Shown here: positions 45,508-55,178 of the stretch, piece by piece
Layout of the letters: each line of letters begins with the position of its first letter
How positions within the stretch are numbered: position 1 is the first letter of the stretch
Made by a program: the position numbers and the translations under genes
Source of the DNA: Minisyncoccia bacterium
GTDB lineage: Bacteria; Patescibacteriota; Minisyncoccia; Phycocordibacterales; Zambryskibacteraceae
Direction of reading: 5' to 3'
DNA: 64,000 bases
Assembly: GCA_041742965.1 (NCBI GenBank)
Contig: JBGTNQ010000003.1
Span: 12,483 to 76,482, forward strand
The notes under the pieces: generated by a model
Told to the model about the DNA's origin: nothing
The model's database searches: none
Seen by the model: the letters and a program-made list of their open reading frames with translations, nothing else

Positions 45508-48267
45508 ATGTCAGAATATTTTAAATTTACTACCCCAGAACAGGAGCTTGAATACCTACGCTCCAAGGTTCTTGAAGTCGAAAAGAAGCTGGAGAGCAAT
45601 GAGATACAACCTGTGCGAGAATCTGTAATCAGAGAGTCTGTTGCAGAATTTAAGAAAGAAGCCGGCATTGGTGCTCCGGTCGCAAATGCTTTGGAGGTCG
45701 AAAAAGATGCAGAAGTTATTCTGGAAAAACATCAGGAAGCCCAGCTCCAGGAAATGGTAGTTTTAGCAGAATCAAAGGGTATTTCCCATGCGCTTGAGGT
45801 TGTTGCGAAGATTAAAAACTGGCAAGCAGAAGACGACTTTCATGCTTTCCTCGTCGAACAAGTGGCTCAAGGCTTGCCGCCCCCTGGAGTAAAAGAAAAA
45901 GGACCGATATATCAAGCCCTTCATATGAAGCTATTTGAGATTCTACTTCCGAAAGAGGTCGGTACAGAAAAATCTTTAGGGGATCTCATAGGAAGTATGG
46001 AGCAGTTTTACGCTGGGCTACTTTCTATAGCAGGCGACAAAAATGACAAGGTTAGCCATTTAGCTTTTGAGATTGCTAACCCTAACGGTGAAGAAGACAC
46101 TCGAGTTTTTGTTTCTGTACCCGAATTAAGGGTTGATCTTTTTAGCAAACAACTTTTAGCAATTTTTCCTAAAGCACGACTTATCGACAGGAAGAGCGAT
46201 TACAATATTTTCAATGAATTAGGTACAACTCTGGGTGTTTCCGCGACATTGTCTAGTTCCCCCGCCTATCCTTTAAAGACTTCTGAAGATTTTTCTTCAG
46301 ATCCGCTCAACGTAATTTTAAATGGGTTTTCCAAAATACCTAAGGTTGGCGCGGGAGCCACTTTGCAAATTATTTTTAAGCCGATTGGAGATACTTATGC
46401 AAAAAAATTCGAGTCTGCTTTAAAGAAAATTGAAAAAGGAGAGAACCCCAAAGAAGCCTTGCGAGACGATGGGGTCGCAATGGAATTGACACGCTCGATT
46501 GGAGAAGCTTTCTTTAGTAAAAAGAAAGAAAAGAAAGAAAAGGAAGATAAACCCATAGTTATAGATCAAGGGATTGTTGGAGCAATTAAAAAGAAGCTCC
46601 AAAGCCCAATAGTTGAGACTAATATCCGTTTTGCGACTTCAGCCCCTACCGAAGAAGAGGCTCGTCAGTTAATTCACAATTTCACTTCTACCTTCAATCA
46701 ATTCGAGAATCCCAGCAGGCAGAATATTACTTGGACTGAAGCGAAATCTTCTGGGTGGCTCGCACTTAAAGACAATGATTTCTACAAGTCATTTATTTTT
46801 CGACTGTTTAAAGATACCGAAAAGATACCGCTTAATCTTTCAGAACTTTCTACAATTCTTCATTTCCATACCGAAGCATTATCTTCCAGCTCGACTCTCA
46901 GTCGCACAAAATCAAAAAGCGCACCGCCACCTGTAGGTCTTCCAGAAGCCGGCACCCTCTTAGGCATCAATTCATTCCAGGGAGTTGAGAAAAGTATATA
47001 TATCGCTCCAGAGGACCGCCTAAGGCATTTCTACGCTATTGGTCAGACTGGTACAGGTAAGTCCACCTTGCTCAAAAACATGATTATTGAGGACATTAAA
47101 AATGGCGAAGGGGCTTGTTTCATTGATCCGCACGGTTCTGATGTGATGGAAATTCTTGCCAATGTACCCAAGGAAAGGTTGGAAGACGTGATCTACTTCG
47201 ATCCCGCTTCTACTGAGCGACCGATGGCCTTGAACATGCTCGAATACGATCCCCACTTTCCTGAACAGAAGACCTTTGTCGTTAATGAACTTTTCTCTAT
47301 TTTCCAGAAGCTCTATGGCGGTAGCCCAGAATCCATGGGGCCCATGTTCGAGCAGTACTTCCGTAACGCCACGATGTTGGTGATAGAAGACCCAGAGAGT
47401 GGTTCAACCCTACTTGACGTCTCTCGGGTAATGTCTAGCAAGGAGTACCGCGACTTGAAGCTTTCCAGATGCAGGAATCCGATAGTTGTCCAGTTCTGGA
47501 GAGAGATCGCTGGTAAGGCTGGAGGAGAGGCCGCACTCGTTAATATGGTTCCCTACATCACATCAAAATTTGACGTTTTCTTGGCCAATGACATTATGCG
47601 TCCGATCATCGCACAAGAGAAATCCTCATTTAATTTCCGAGAAATTATGGATGGAAAAAAGATTCTTCTGGTAAATCTTGCCAAGGGCCGTCTGGGAGAT
47701 ATCAATGCTAATCTTATCGGTCTCATTTTGGTTGGTAAAATCCTAATGGCCGCACTTTCTCGTGTAGATGCGCTTGGTCAAAATCTTCCTTCCTTCTATT
47801 TATACATAGATGAATTCCAGAATATTACTACCAACTCAATCGCCACGATTCTTTCCGAAGCTCGAAAGTATAAGCTTTCGCTTACAATTGCCCATCAATT
47901 TATTGCGCAACTTCAGGAAGATATTAAAAATGCTGTTTTCGGCAACGTGGGTACAATTTGTTCTTTCCGAGTTGGCCAAGATGATGCTGAATATCTACAG
48001 AAACAGTTTGCTCCAACTTTTGCAGCACAAGATATTGCCAGCATCGATAATTTTAATGCTTATATAAAAATGCTTATTCATGGCAAGCCAGTTGAGCCCT
48101 TTGATATCCGCCTGATGCCAAGACAAACCGGAGATCAGTCAAATATCGAAATTGCTAAGCAGGTATCCTCGGTAAAATACGGACGTGATAGAGCTGAGGT
48201 AGAAGCTGCGATTATGGCTAAGTACCAACCCTTGCAGGAAGTAGTTTCCAGCTCTCAGATTCTTTAA
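45508..48267 (+). CDS. FtsK/HerA-superfamily ATPase, type IV secretion-like (VirD4/TraG coupling-protein-like or VirB4-like)
   Basis: Walker A AIGQTGTGKSTLL and Walker B LYIDEFQN followed by ARKYKLSLTIAHQFIAQL...FGNVGTICSFRV; a ~470-aa N-terminal non-ATPase domain. Confidence 0.6.
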   Translation: MSEYFKFTTPEQELEYLRSKVLEVEKKLESNEIQPVRESVIRESVAEFKKEAGIGAPVANALEVEKDAEVILEKHQEAQLQEMVVLAESKGISHALEVVAKIKNWQAEDDFHAFLVEQVAQGLPPPGVKEKGPIYQALHMKLFEILLPKEVGTEKSLGDLIGSMEQFYAGLLSIAGDKNDKVSHLAFEIANPNGEEDTRVFVSVPELRVDLFSKQLLAIFPKARLIDRKSDYNIFNELGTTLGVSATLSSSPAYPLKTSEDFSSDPLNVILNGFSKIPKVGAGATLQIIFKPIGDTYAKKFESALKKIEKGENPKEALRDDGVAMELTRSIGEAFFSKKKEKKEKEDKPIVIDQGIVGAIKKKLQSPIVETNIRFATSAPTEEEARQLIHNFTSTFNQFENPSRQNITWTEAKSSGWLALKDNDFYKSFIFRLFKDTEKIPLNLSELSTILHFHTEALSSSSTLSRTKSKSAPPPVGLPEAGTLLGINSFQGVEKSIYIAPEDRLRHFYAIGQTGTGKSTLLKNMIIEDIKNGEGACFIDPHGSDVMEILANVPKERLEDVIYFDPASTERPMALNMLEYDPHFPEQKTFVVNELFSIFQKLYGGSPESMGPMFEQYFRNATMLVIEDPESGSTLLDVSRVMSSKEYRDLKLSRCRNPIVVQFWREIAGKAGGEAALVNMVPYITSKFDVFLANDIMRPIIAQEKSSFNFREIMDGKKILLVNLAKGRLGDINANLIGLILVGKILMAALSRVDALGQNLPSFYLYIDEFQNITTNSIATILSEARKYKLSLTIAHQFIAQLQEDIKNAVFGNVGTICSFRVGQDDAEYLQKQFAPTFAAQDIASIDNFNAYIKMLIHGKPVEPFDIRLMPRQTGDQSNIEIAKQVSSVKYGRDRAEVEAAIMAKYQPLQEVVSSSQIL

Positions 48268-48324
48268 TACCTCCCAGAGTTTGAATCCCAGACTCGTTCG
48301 ATCTATGTAAGCTCAAAAAAGCGT

Positions 48325-48376
48325 TATACAAAGCCAAAGAAACTGGAAGAAACAAAGTGGTTGGGTATTCGGAAAT
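48325..48376 (+). pseudogene. Duplicated 3'-terminal fragment of the GGDEF gene (right-end repeat)
   Basis: See the insertion at 44812-48324. Confidence 0.55.
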
Positions 48377-48445
48377 TTAGTCTCTAAAGAGAATAGGCGG
48401 CGACATCTCTGTCGCCGCCTATGTGTTACCCTTGACCTCGCCAGC

Positions 48446-48928
48446 CTAGCGACAGGTGGTCGCTGAGGATGAGGTTACGTAGAACCCAGTCTCATCCCAC
48501 CTCAAATTCAAGGTGAGGATGAGAACCTCCATGGTTCCACCACCACCCTTAGGGATAATGCGGAAGCTGTACGTGTACTGTGCCTCCCCAGATGTCGAGG
48601 TGGTTTCTTGCCACCCACCCCCAATGTTCTGGAAAACATACTCTCGATCTTGGGTGTCAAAGAGACGCCCTCCAGCGACGTTGAAACGCTCCCTATAGCT
48701 TGTGGATCCATCGGGGTTTACCACGAACTTGCGGGTGAAGTGGATGCGATAGGTTCCCTCGACAAACTGGGTTGGTCCACAGAGAGAGAACCAGTTGATA
48801 CTCCAATCTGCCCATTCGCTTGTTGCTGACTGGGCACTCATTTCGGCGCGGACAGGCTCTGTGGGCAGGGCGTTACCGCAAGCGGCGATGAACATCATCG
48901 CACAGAGTGCCAACATCTTCCGGAACAT
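48446..48928 (-). CDS. Putative lipoprotein (GC-rich)
   Basis: Lipobox FIAACG, ~55% GC and a terminator hairpin at 48395-48422. Confidence 0.5.
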   Translation of the reverse strand: MFRKMLALCAMMFIAACGNALPTEPVRAEMSAQSATSEWADWSINWFSLCGPTQFVEGTYRIHFTRKFVVNPDGSTSYRERFNVAGGRLFDTQDREYVFQNIGGGWQETTSTSGEAQYTYSFRIIPKGGGGTMEVLILTLNLRWDETGFYVTSSSATTCR

Positions 48929-49069
48929 AACTCCTCCTTGGTGAGTGGGGACCTCGTACTTCGGGAAAAAGAACTTCTACAACTGCCGACTACTTTATAA
49001 TATAAAAACTTTTTGTCAAGCTATCGTGACAATGTTTCCACCACGTTGTTTTTGTAATTAATTTGTTGG

Positions 49070-49738
49070 TTAATTAAAATCTGAGTATTTACGCCAATAT
49101 TTATAAAGTATTTTGTTCCCTTTTTTTATCCTCAGATTGATATTTTTTTCATTTAGATTATTAAAACTACCAAAGTAATAATTCCAAATTCGCTTCTTTG
49201 TTGGTTTAGACATCTGAAACTTTACATTGTGCCAATGAAATTTCTGTAAAAACATTAAGATTATAAGATTATTTTTGTTCCTGTATTGATACAAAACTTT
49301 TTGAATATTTTTTACCATAATCTTCTCTCTTAGATACATTTTTACCCACCATTCAAAATGGGTTCCTCTACGGTAGGGTTTATGATTCTGATAACCACTT
49401 TTTTCTAGGTCTATCTTTAATAGTTCTGACGGACCGTCAACTTTATATAATTTGATATCGTGCCCGTTTTTCCAAAGAGTGGCAATATTATCATAAACAT
49501 AAATATCAGATTTTACCCATGGAAATTTTTTTGCAACCTGAAGTAGATCTTTCTTTTGCTTCTTTAGCCTATTTAGAGGCTTTCTTGATGGAGGAAATTT
49601 GTTGTATATGGAATCAGGTGTTTGGCTATTGTTGGGCGCTTCAAAGAAAATAATGTCAGGTTTGTGTCGTGTTATGGCATTTGCCTGACGCATATCCACG
49701 CCTTTTCTTTCTATGCAACTAAATTGATATATTTTCAC
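49070..49738 (-). CDS. Hypothetical protein, paralog of 9215..9889, immediately downstream of tRNA-Ser
   Basis: See the paralog at 9215..9889; the orientation relative to the tRNA is the same in both cases. Confidence 0.6.
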   Translation of the reverse strand: MKIYQFSCIERKGVDMRQANAITRHKPDIIFFEAPNNSQTPDSIYNKFPPSRKPLNRLKKQKKDLLQVAKKFPWVKSDIYVYDNIATLWKNGHDIKLYKVDGPSELLKIDLEKSGYQNHKPYRRGTHFEWWVKMYLREKIMVKNIQKVLYQYRNKNNLIILMFLQKFHWHNVKFQMSKPTKKRIWNYYFGSFNNLNEKNINLRIKKGNKILYKYWRKYSDFN

Positions 49739-49849
49739 GTTTTTTATTCTTAAATTATTTTTTCTATAATCTCAATTTTGACGGAGCACTTCGCTAAAGG
49801 CTCAGCACCCTCGCAAAATCAAAGCCCTAATGTGTCGGGCTAGATTTTG

Positions 49850-49936
49850 CGGAGGGTAAGAGATTTGAACTCTTGAAGGACTTTCGCCCTTGCCACCTTT
49901 CCAAGGTGGTGCACTAGACCACTATGCGAACCCTCC
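49850..49936 (-). tRNA. tRNA-Ser (anticodon GGA)
   Basis: Minus-strand cloverleaf with a long variable arm: acceptor GGAGGGU/ACCCUCC, anticodon loop UUGGAAA, T-arm AAGAG-UUCAAAU-CUCUU. Confidence 0.85.
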
Positions 49937-50006
49937 GTGTTCAAAGAATACTACAATACTTTCTCATTTTTAAGAACGGTCTTCCAGTGAGTGGTATAAT
50001 GTATAT

Positions 50007-50396
50007 GTGAATGAATTTCTTAAAAAAGACTTAACACCAGAAGCGAAAAAAGTACTTTTTGAAAAAGGGACAGAGGTACCTTTTACTGGAAAGTATGTTC
50101 ATAGTAAAGATAAGGGAATGTATCACTGTGTAAATTGTGGTACAGAACTTTTTTCATCTGATGCCAAGTTTGATTCCGGAACGGGATGGCCTTCATTTGA
50201 TTCGGCAATAGAAGGGAAACTTATTCTTAAAGAAGATTCTTCTCTTGGTATAAAAAGAACAGAAGTTGTTTGTAAAAATTGCGGAGCTCATTTGGGCCAT
50301 GTCTTTGATGATGGGCCGACTGATACGGGGAAGAGGTATTGTATTAATTCAGTTTGCTTGGATTTAGAAAAAGAAAACAAAGATGAAAAACAATAA
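50007..50396 (+). CDS. msrB: Peptide methionine sulfoxide reductase B
   Basis: CVNCGTELF...GWPSF...[16 protein letters not shown]. Confidence 0.85.
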   Translation: MNEFLKKDLTPEAKKVLFEKGTEVPFTGKYVHSKDKGMYHCVNCGTELFSSDAKFDSGTGWPSFDSAIEGKLILKEDSSLGIKRTEVVCKNCGAHLGHVFDDGPTDTGKRYCINSVCLDLEKENKDEKQ

Positions 50397-51000
50397 TAGA
50401 AATTTTTTGATCGCTTTTGTAATCATCATCGCTTTGGGTGGATTTTTGCTTATTTCCCGCGACAGCTCTAAAGAGGAAAAAATTGAGAAAGAAAATGTTC
50501 AAGAAGAAGTCACTGCTCTGACAAACAAAACATATACAAACAAAAAATACGGATTTTCTTTTGAACATCCGGCAGAGTACGGTGTGATTGAATATTCAGC
50601 ATCTCAAATATCAGTAGGGGAGCCGACTACTCAAGGTTTCAGGTCAGTTGCTAATTTTTCTGTTTTTGAAAGTGGCTCAGACTCAATTCAGTCATTTGAA
50701 GAGTTTGTTTTGGATCAAGCTAGATTTTCATGTTCTTCAGAGGATCTTATGTGTTTAGAGATTGTCGATTTGCGTCCATTTTTCACATCCTCTCAAATAG
50801 ATGGTCAGAAGTTTTCCCTAATCGCCTATAGCCAAGATGGGGCAGAAAAGATCACATTCGGACCTTACTATACATTTAATATGTCGGACAGAACCCCTGG
50901 AGAAATGAGCTTTCTTATGATATCTAGGCCCAATACTATGATTTCAGGAGGTACCGATACGAAGATAATAGATGCTATTGCTTTAAGCTTAAAAATTTAA
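50383..51000 (+). CDS. Hypothetical secreted protein
   Basis: N-terminal TM/signal. Confidence 0.4.
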   Translation: MKNNNRNFLIAFVIIIALGGFLLISRDSSKEEKIEKENVQEEVTALTNKTYTNKKYGFSFEHPAEYGVIEYSASQISVGEPTTQGFRSVANFSVFESGSDSIQSFEEFVLDQARFSCSSEDLMCLEIVDLRPFFTSSQIDGQKFSLIAYSQDGAEKITFGPYYTFNMSDRTPGEMSFLMISRPNTMISGGTDTKIIDAIALSLKI

Positions 51001-51317
51001 GGTAAAGCTGGAATACAACTTGGAAACTCGGTTTCCAAGCGAGGCGGTGTTTTGTGGAGGGGAATTGCTTTGCTTGGCCCTGTAGTAGATTTTGGTCTCA
51101 CAGCAAGCTGAAGAGCCCTACCAAGCCCTCCCCTTGGTATTCTCAGACCACAGCTATAAGCTTGCCAAAGGGTTGACATAAAATCTGTATTTGCTATAAT
51201 TAAGGTATGTAGGTGTTCTCCCAGTTCTCCTTCAGGCGCCGTTTGGTTTCCGTGGAAGAAGCAAGAGAGTTCTCGCCGCCTTACATATTAGTAACTAGTA
51301 GGCGAGAGAAATTTAGA

Positions 51318-51605
51318 ATGGCAAAGAAGTTGTATGTTGGAGGTATTCCTTACTCAAGTACGGATGCCGATCTCCGCGATGCGTTTGCACAAGCTGGAGA
51401 TGTTACCTCAGCGACCATAATTATGGATCGTATGAGTGGCAGATCAAAAGGATTCGGATTTGTTGAAATGACAAATGACGATGACGCAGCAAAGGCAATC
51501 GATTTGTGGAACGGAAAAGATTTTCAAGGACGAAAACTTACCGTCAACGAAGCACGACCAATGGAACCCCGAGCACCACGCGAAGGAGGAAATAACAATT
51601 GGTAA
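51318..51605 (+). CDS. RRM-domain RNA-binding protein
   Basis: RNP-2 LYVGGI and RNP-1 KGFGFVEM; TTGACA-17-TATAAT promoter at 51173-51203; terminator at 51612-51645. Confidence 0.75.
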   Translation: MAKKLYVGGIPYSSTDADLRDAFAQAGDVTSATIIMDRMSGRSKGFGFVEMTNDDDAAKAIDLWNGKDFQGRKLTVNEARPMEPRAPREGGNNNW

Positions 51606-51648
51606 TGTAAAACAAAAACCCCTCTGCTAAAGCAGAGGGGTTTTTGTT

Positions 51649-52122
51649 ATGATTAAAGATATGAATCAAAAGAAATTATTTTTCATATTCTTTGCAATAG
51701 TTTTTCTATCTTTTGTATATCTTTTTTCTTTTAACAGAGAAGAAGTTTCTCTGGTAGCACCTCTAGAGTTTGAAAAAGTTGGAACCATTGGAGATATAGA
51801 GATATCTCTGACTCTTGCAGATTCTGTATCAAAACAAACACAAGGTTTATCACTGCAAAAGGAGCTTCCCGAAAATCATGGACTACTTTTCATCTTTGAA
51901 TCAGAGGGAAGGCATCCTATTTGGATGAAAGACATGCTCTTTTCTATAGATGTCTTATGGTTCAATGAAAAAAAAGAGTTAGTTTTTGTTTATGAGAACT
52001 TTTCTCCAGAGTCTTTTCCTCTAGCGGTCGACTCTCCAGTCCCTTCACTTTTTGTTTTAGAGGTGCCAGCAGGTTTTGTTAAGGAGAGGGGTGTCAAAAT
52101 TGGTGATACTCTTTCTTTTTGA
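51649..52122 (+). CDS. DUF192 family protein
   Basis: GLS...HGLLFIF...IWMKDMLFSIDVLW pattern. Confidence 0.55.
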   Translation: MIKDMNQKKLFFIFFAIVFLSFVYLFSFNREEVSLVAPLEFEKVGTIGDIEISLTLADSVSKQTQGLSLQKELPENHGLLFIFESEGRHPIWMKDMLFSIDVLWFNEKKELVFVYENFSPESFPLAVDSPVPSLFVLEVPAGFVKERGVKIGDTLSF

Positions 52123-52465
52123 TTTTATCACTCAACTTTCATATAAAAGCTTTAACCCAGACCTTGTTTTTATCTAGAAAAATTATTTTTTCATAAAAAA
52201 AGAGGCGCCTTAGATAGAACTCTAGCCGTCTTATGGTGACTATCTTTACACTTTCAAATTTATGTTTCGTGAGTGTCTATCTAATCTGTTATCCACATAA
52301 GATATCTTCAAAAATTTTCTAAAATATAGAAACGAATTTGTGGTTTTTGATTTTTTTCTTGTTGTTTTTTGCAAAAATTAGTGTTTTTTTGCAAAAAAAG
52401 ATGAAAATTATTCAAAATATTAAAAAATTGTCTTTCATTATTAATTTTTTTATTTTCTTCATCAT

Positions 52466-55147
52466 ATGAGTCTTCACATCACCAAGCGCGACGGGACAAA
52501 AGAGTTGTTCAATGCAGATAAGATAAATAAATCTATTGAACGAGCTTGTATCGGTTTAACAAATCCCATAGGCATGGTGACTCAGATAGCCACTGACACT
52601 CGTTTGACTCTATATGATGGAATCACCACTGCAGAGATGGATCAAGCGACCATTAATGCTTCTGTCCAAAACATAAAAGAAGATACTGATTATGACAGAG
52701 TAGCCGTGCGTCTGCTTCTCAAAACTATATATAAACAAGTTGTCGGTGATTATGATGCAGATGATGCAGATGACTTGAGCAAAAAACACAGAGAGAGTTT
52801 TATGAATTACGTTAAGGATGGAGTATCTGCAAACAGACTTCATCCAGACATGGTTAAGAAATATGATCTTGAAGAACTTGCAAATACTTTGCGTATTGAA
52901 AGAGATGAACTTTTTCAATACGCAGGCTTGGATGGATTGTTAAACAGATATGCAATAAAAGATTTAAATCAAAAACCCCTAGAGACTCCACAATACTTTT
53001 TTATGAGAGTTGCGATGGGACTTTCATACAACGAAGACAACCCAACTGAATGGGCAAAAAAGTTTTATCACAAAATGTCTAAGCTCGAGTACTTGGCAGG
53101 TGGTTCTACTAATCTCGGTGCCGGAACTGTACGCCCCGCGCTTTCAAATTGTTTTCTTATGGAAGTTCACGATGACATGGGACACATTGCAAAATCAGTT
53201 GCCGATGTCATGCTCCTGTCCAAAGGATCTGGGGGCTTAGGTGTAGCGATGACAAAACTTCGTTCCGCTGGCTCACCGCTCAAGTCAAATTTTGGCGGTG
53301 CATCTACCGGACCGACACCGTTTGCAAAGATTATGGATACAGCTATCCGAGCTATTCAGAGAGGAGGAAAGAAAAAGGGGGCACTTTGTTTCTATATGGA
53401 GAACTGGCACTTGGATTTTCCCGAGTTTATTGACTGGAAACACAATGCTGGTGACGACTATATGAGAATGAGAACAGCTAATACCGCTGGATTCTTGTCT
53501 GACGAATTTATGAAAAGGGTTCATTCGGCAGATTCTTGGTATATGTTTGACCCTGCAGAAACCCCAGATTTAAATGAGCTTTATGGAGAAGCTTTTTCAC
53601 AGAGGTATTGCGAGTATGTTGAGATGGCTGAAGCAGGCAAGCTTCGGGCATTTAGAAAGGTGCCGGCCCAAGAGCAGTTCCGTCATATCCTAGTTGCCCT
53701 TCAAGGGACTTCGCATCCTTGGATAGTGTGGAAGGACAGCATTAACCTTCGTGCGTTAAACAACAATACTGGCACCATTCATATGTCTAACTTGTGCACA
53801 GAGATTTGTCTTCCTCAAGATAGAGAAAATGTTGCTGTGTGTAATCTAGCGTCACTAAATTTAGCAGCTCATATTGCGAGCAAGGAAGTAAACTGGATGA
53901 AGCTCGAAGAGTCAGTTCGTCTTGCTGTTCGTCAGTTAGACAACCTTATTGATATTAATCAGCTTCCTATTCCTGAAGCAGTAAAGTCAGATAGGGAAAA
54001 TAGGGCGGTTGGTTTAGGGGTTATGGGATTCTCTGATGCGATTGAACAATTAGGACTTTCTTATGATTCTGAATCCGCATGGGATTTTGCTGACAGAATT
54101 TTTGAATTTATAAGTTATATGGCAATAGACGAATCAGCAAATCTCGCGAAGGTAAGGGGGAGCTACACACACTTCAAGGGATCTGAATGGTCAAAGGGTA
54201 AAGTTCCAGTAGACACCCTTTCTGTTTTGGAAGAAGGAAGAGGTCGTCCACTTACTGTTTCTAAAGAAAGTAGACACAAGGGTCTTGATTGGGATATCTT
54301 GAGAGAAAAAGTGAAAGGTGGAGTTAGGAATGCAACACTTATGGCAGTAGCTCCAAATGCAAACATTGGTCTTGTCGCCGGCACTACGCCCGGTATTGAC
54401 CCTAGATTTGCTCAAGTTTTTGCTAGAAATAAAATATCTGGAAAATATTTTGATATAAATCACAATCTTGTTAAGGATTTAAAAAATATGGGAATTTGGG
54501 ACAAGGTAAAAGGGGACATCGTTGAACAACAAGGAGATATTTCTAATATCGATTTGATTCCTCCGCATCTCAAAGAAATTTATAAAACATCCTTCACTAC
54601 ATCACCTTTTGCTTTTATTGAAGTTGCGGCTCGTGCACAGAAATGGGTTGACCAGGCTTTGTCTAGAAATATGTATCTTGAAACTAGGGATATTGATGAA
54701 ACTATGAGGATTTATCAGACGGCTTGGGACAAGGGACTCAAGAGTACTTATTATCTCCATATGAAGCCTAGACATACAGCAGAGCAGAGTACCGTAGTTG
54801 TAAACAAGGCTCAAAAGATAGGAAAACTGGGTTTCGGCGCCATAAAGAGAAGTACAGAATCATCTATTTCCCCACAACCTTTTTCAGCTCCATTACAAAA
54901 AGGACTTGAAATTCCTAAAGAATCACCAATCCTAGTTTCTGAGAAAGCTCCAGCACAAGAGGCTTTAAATGCTAGCAATGTTGTTTCTGTAGCCAAGAAA
55001 GAAACTTTAGAAAAACAAACTAAACCACGTGGTTTCGTATCTTTGGAATCCTTAAAAGAGTCGGTTCCTGTAGCAGTGGCCGATGATAAACCATTTGTGT
55101 GCCCAATAGATCCAGCGGAAAGAGAGCAGTGTGATTCGTGTCAGTAA
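52466..55147 (+). CDS. nrdA: Class I ribonucleotide reductase alpha subunit (ATP-cone)
   Basis: N-terminal ATP-cone, catalytic NLCTEI and a C-terminal CDSCQ redox tail; the beta subunit is downstream. Confidence 0.85.
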   Translation: MSLHITKRDGTKELFNADKINKSIERACIGLTNPIGMVTQIATDTRLTLYDGITTAEMDQATINASVQNIKEDTDYDRVAVRLLLKTIYKQVVGDYDADDADDLSKKHRESFMNYVKDGVSANRLHPDMVKKYDLEELANTLRIERDELFQYAGLDGLLNRYAIKDLNQKPLETPQYFFMRVAMGLSYNEDNPTEWAKKFYHKMSKLEYLAGGSTNLGAGTVRPALSNCFLMEVHDDMGHIAKSVADVMLLSKGSGGLGVAMTKLRSAGSPLKSNFGGASTGPTPFAKIMDTAIRAIQRGGKKKGALCFYMENWHLDFPEFIDWKHNAGDDYMRMRTANTAGFLSDEFMKRVHSADSWYMFDPAETPDLNELYGEAFSQRYCEYVEMAEAGKLRAFRKVPAQEQFRHILVALQGTSHPWIVWKDSINLRALNNNTGTIHMSNLCTEICLPQDRENVAVCNLASLNLAAHIASKEVNWMKLEESVRLAVRQLDNLIDINQLPIPEAVKSDRENRAVGLGVMGFSDAIEQLGLSYDSESAWDFADRIFEFISYMAIDESANLAKVRGSYTHFKGSEWSKGKVPVDTLSVLEEGRGRPLTVSKESRHKGLDWDILREKVKGGVRNATLMAVAPNANIGLVAGTTPGIDPRFAQVFARNKISGKYFDINHNLVKDLKNMGIWDKVKGDIVEQQGDISNIDLIPPHLKEIYKTSFTTSPFAFIEVAARAQKWVDQALSRNMYLETRDIDETMRIYQTAWDKGLKSTYYLHMKPRHTAEQSTVVVNKAQKIGKLGFGAIKRSTESSISPQPFSAPLQKGLEIPKESPILVSEKAPAQEALNASNVVSVAKKETLEKQTKPRGFVSLESLKESVPVAVADDKPFVCPIDPAEREQCDSCQ

Positions 55148-55178
55148 CAAACTTTAATAGGTAATCTAAATAAAATAT

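Larger units (their letters stand above)
44812..48324. mobile_element. ~3.5-kb insertion at the GGDEF gene 3' end, flanked by ~50-bp direct repeats
   Basis: TATA(T/C)AAAGCCAAAGAAACTGGAAGAAACAAAGTGGT(A/T)GGGTATTCGGAAAT occurs at 44762-44811 and 48325-48376, both encoding ALYKAKETGRNKVVGYSEI*. No integrase gene lies inside. Confidence 0.4.
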
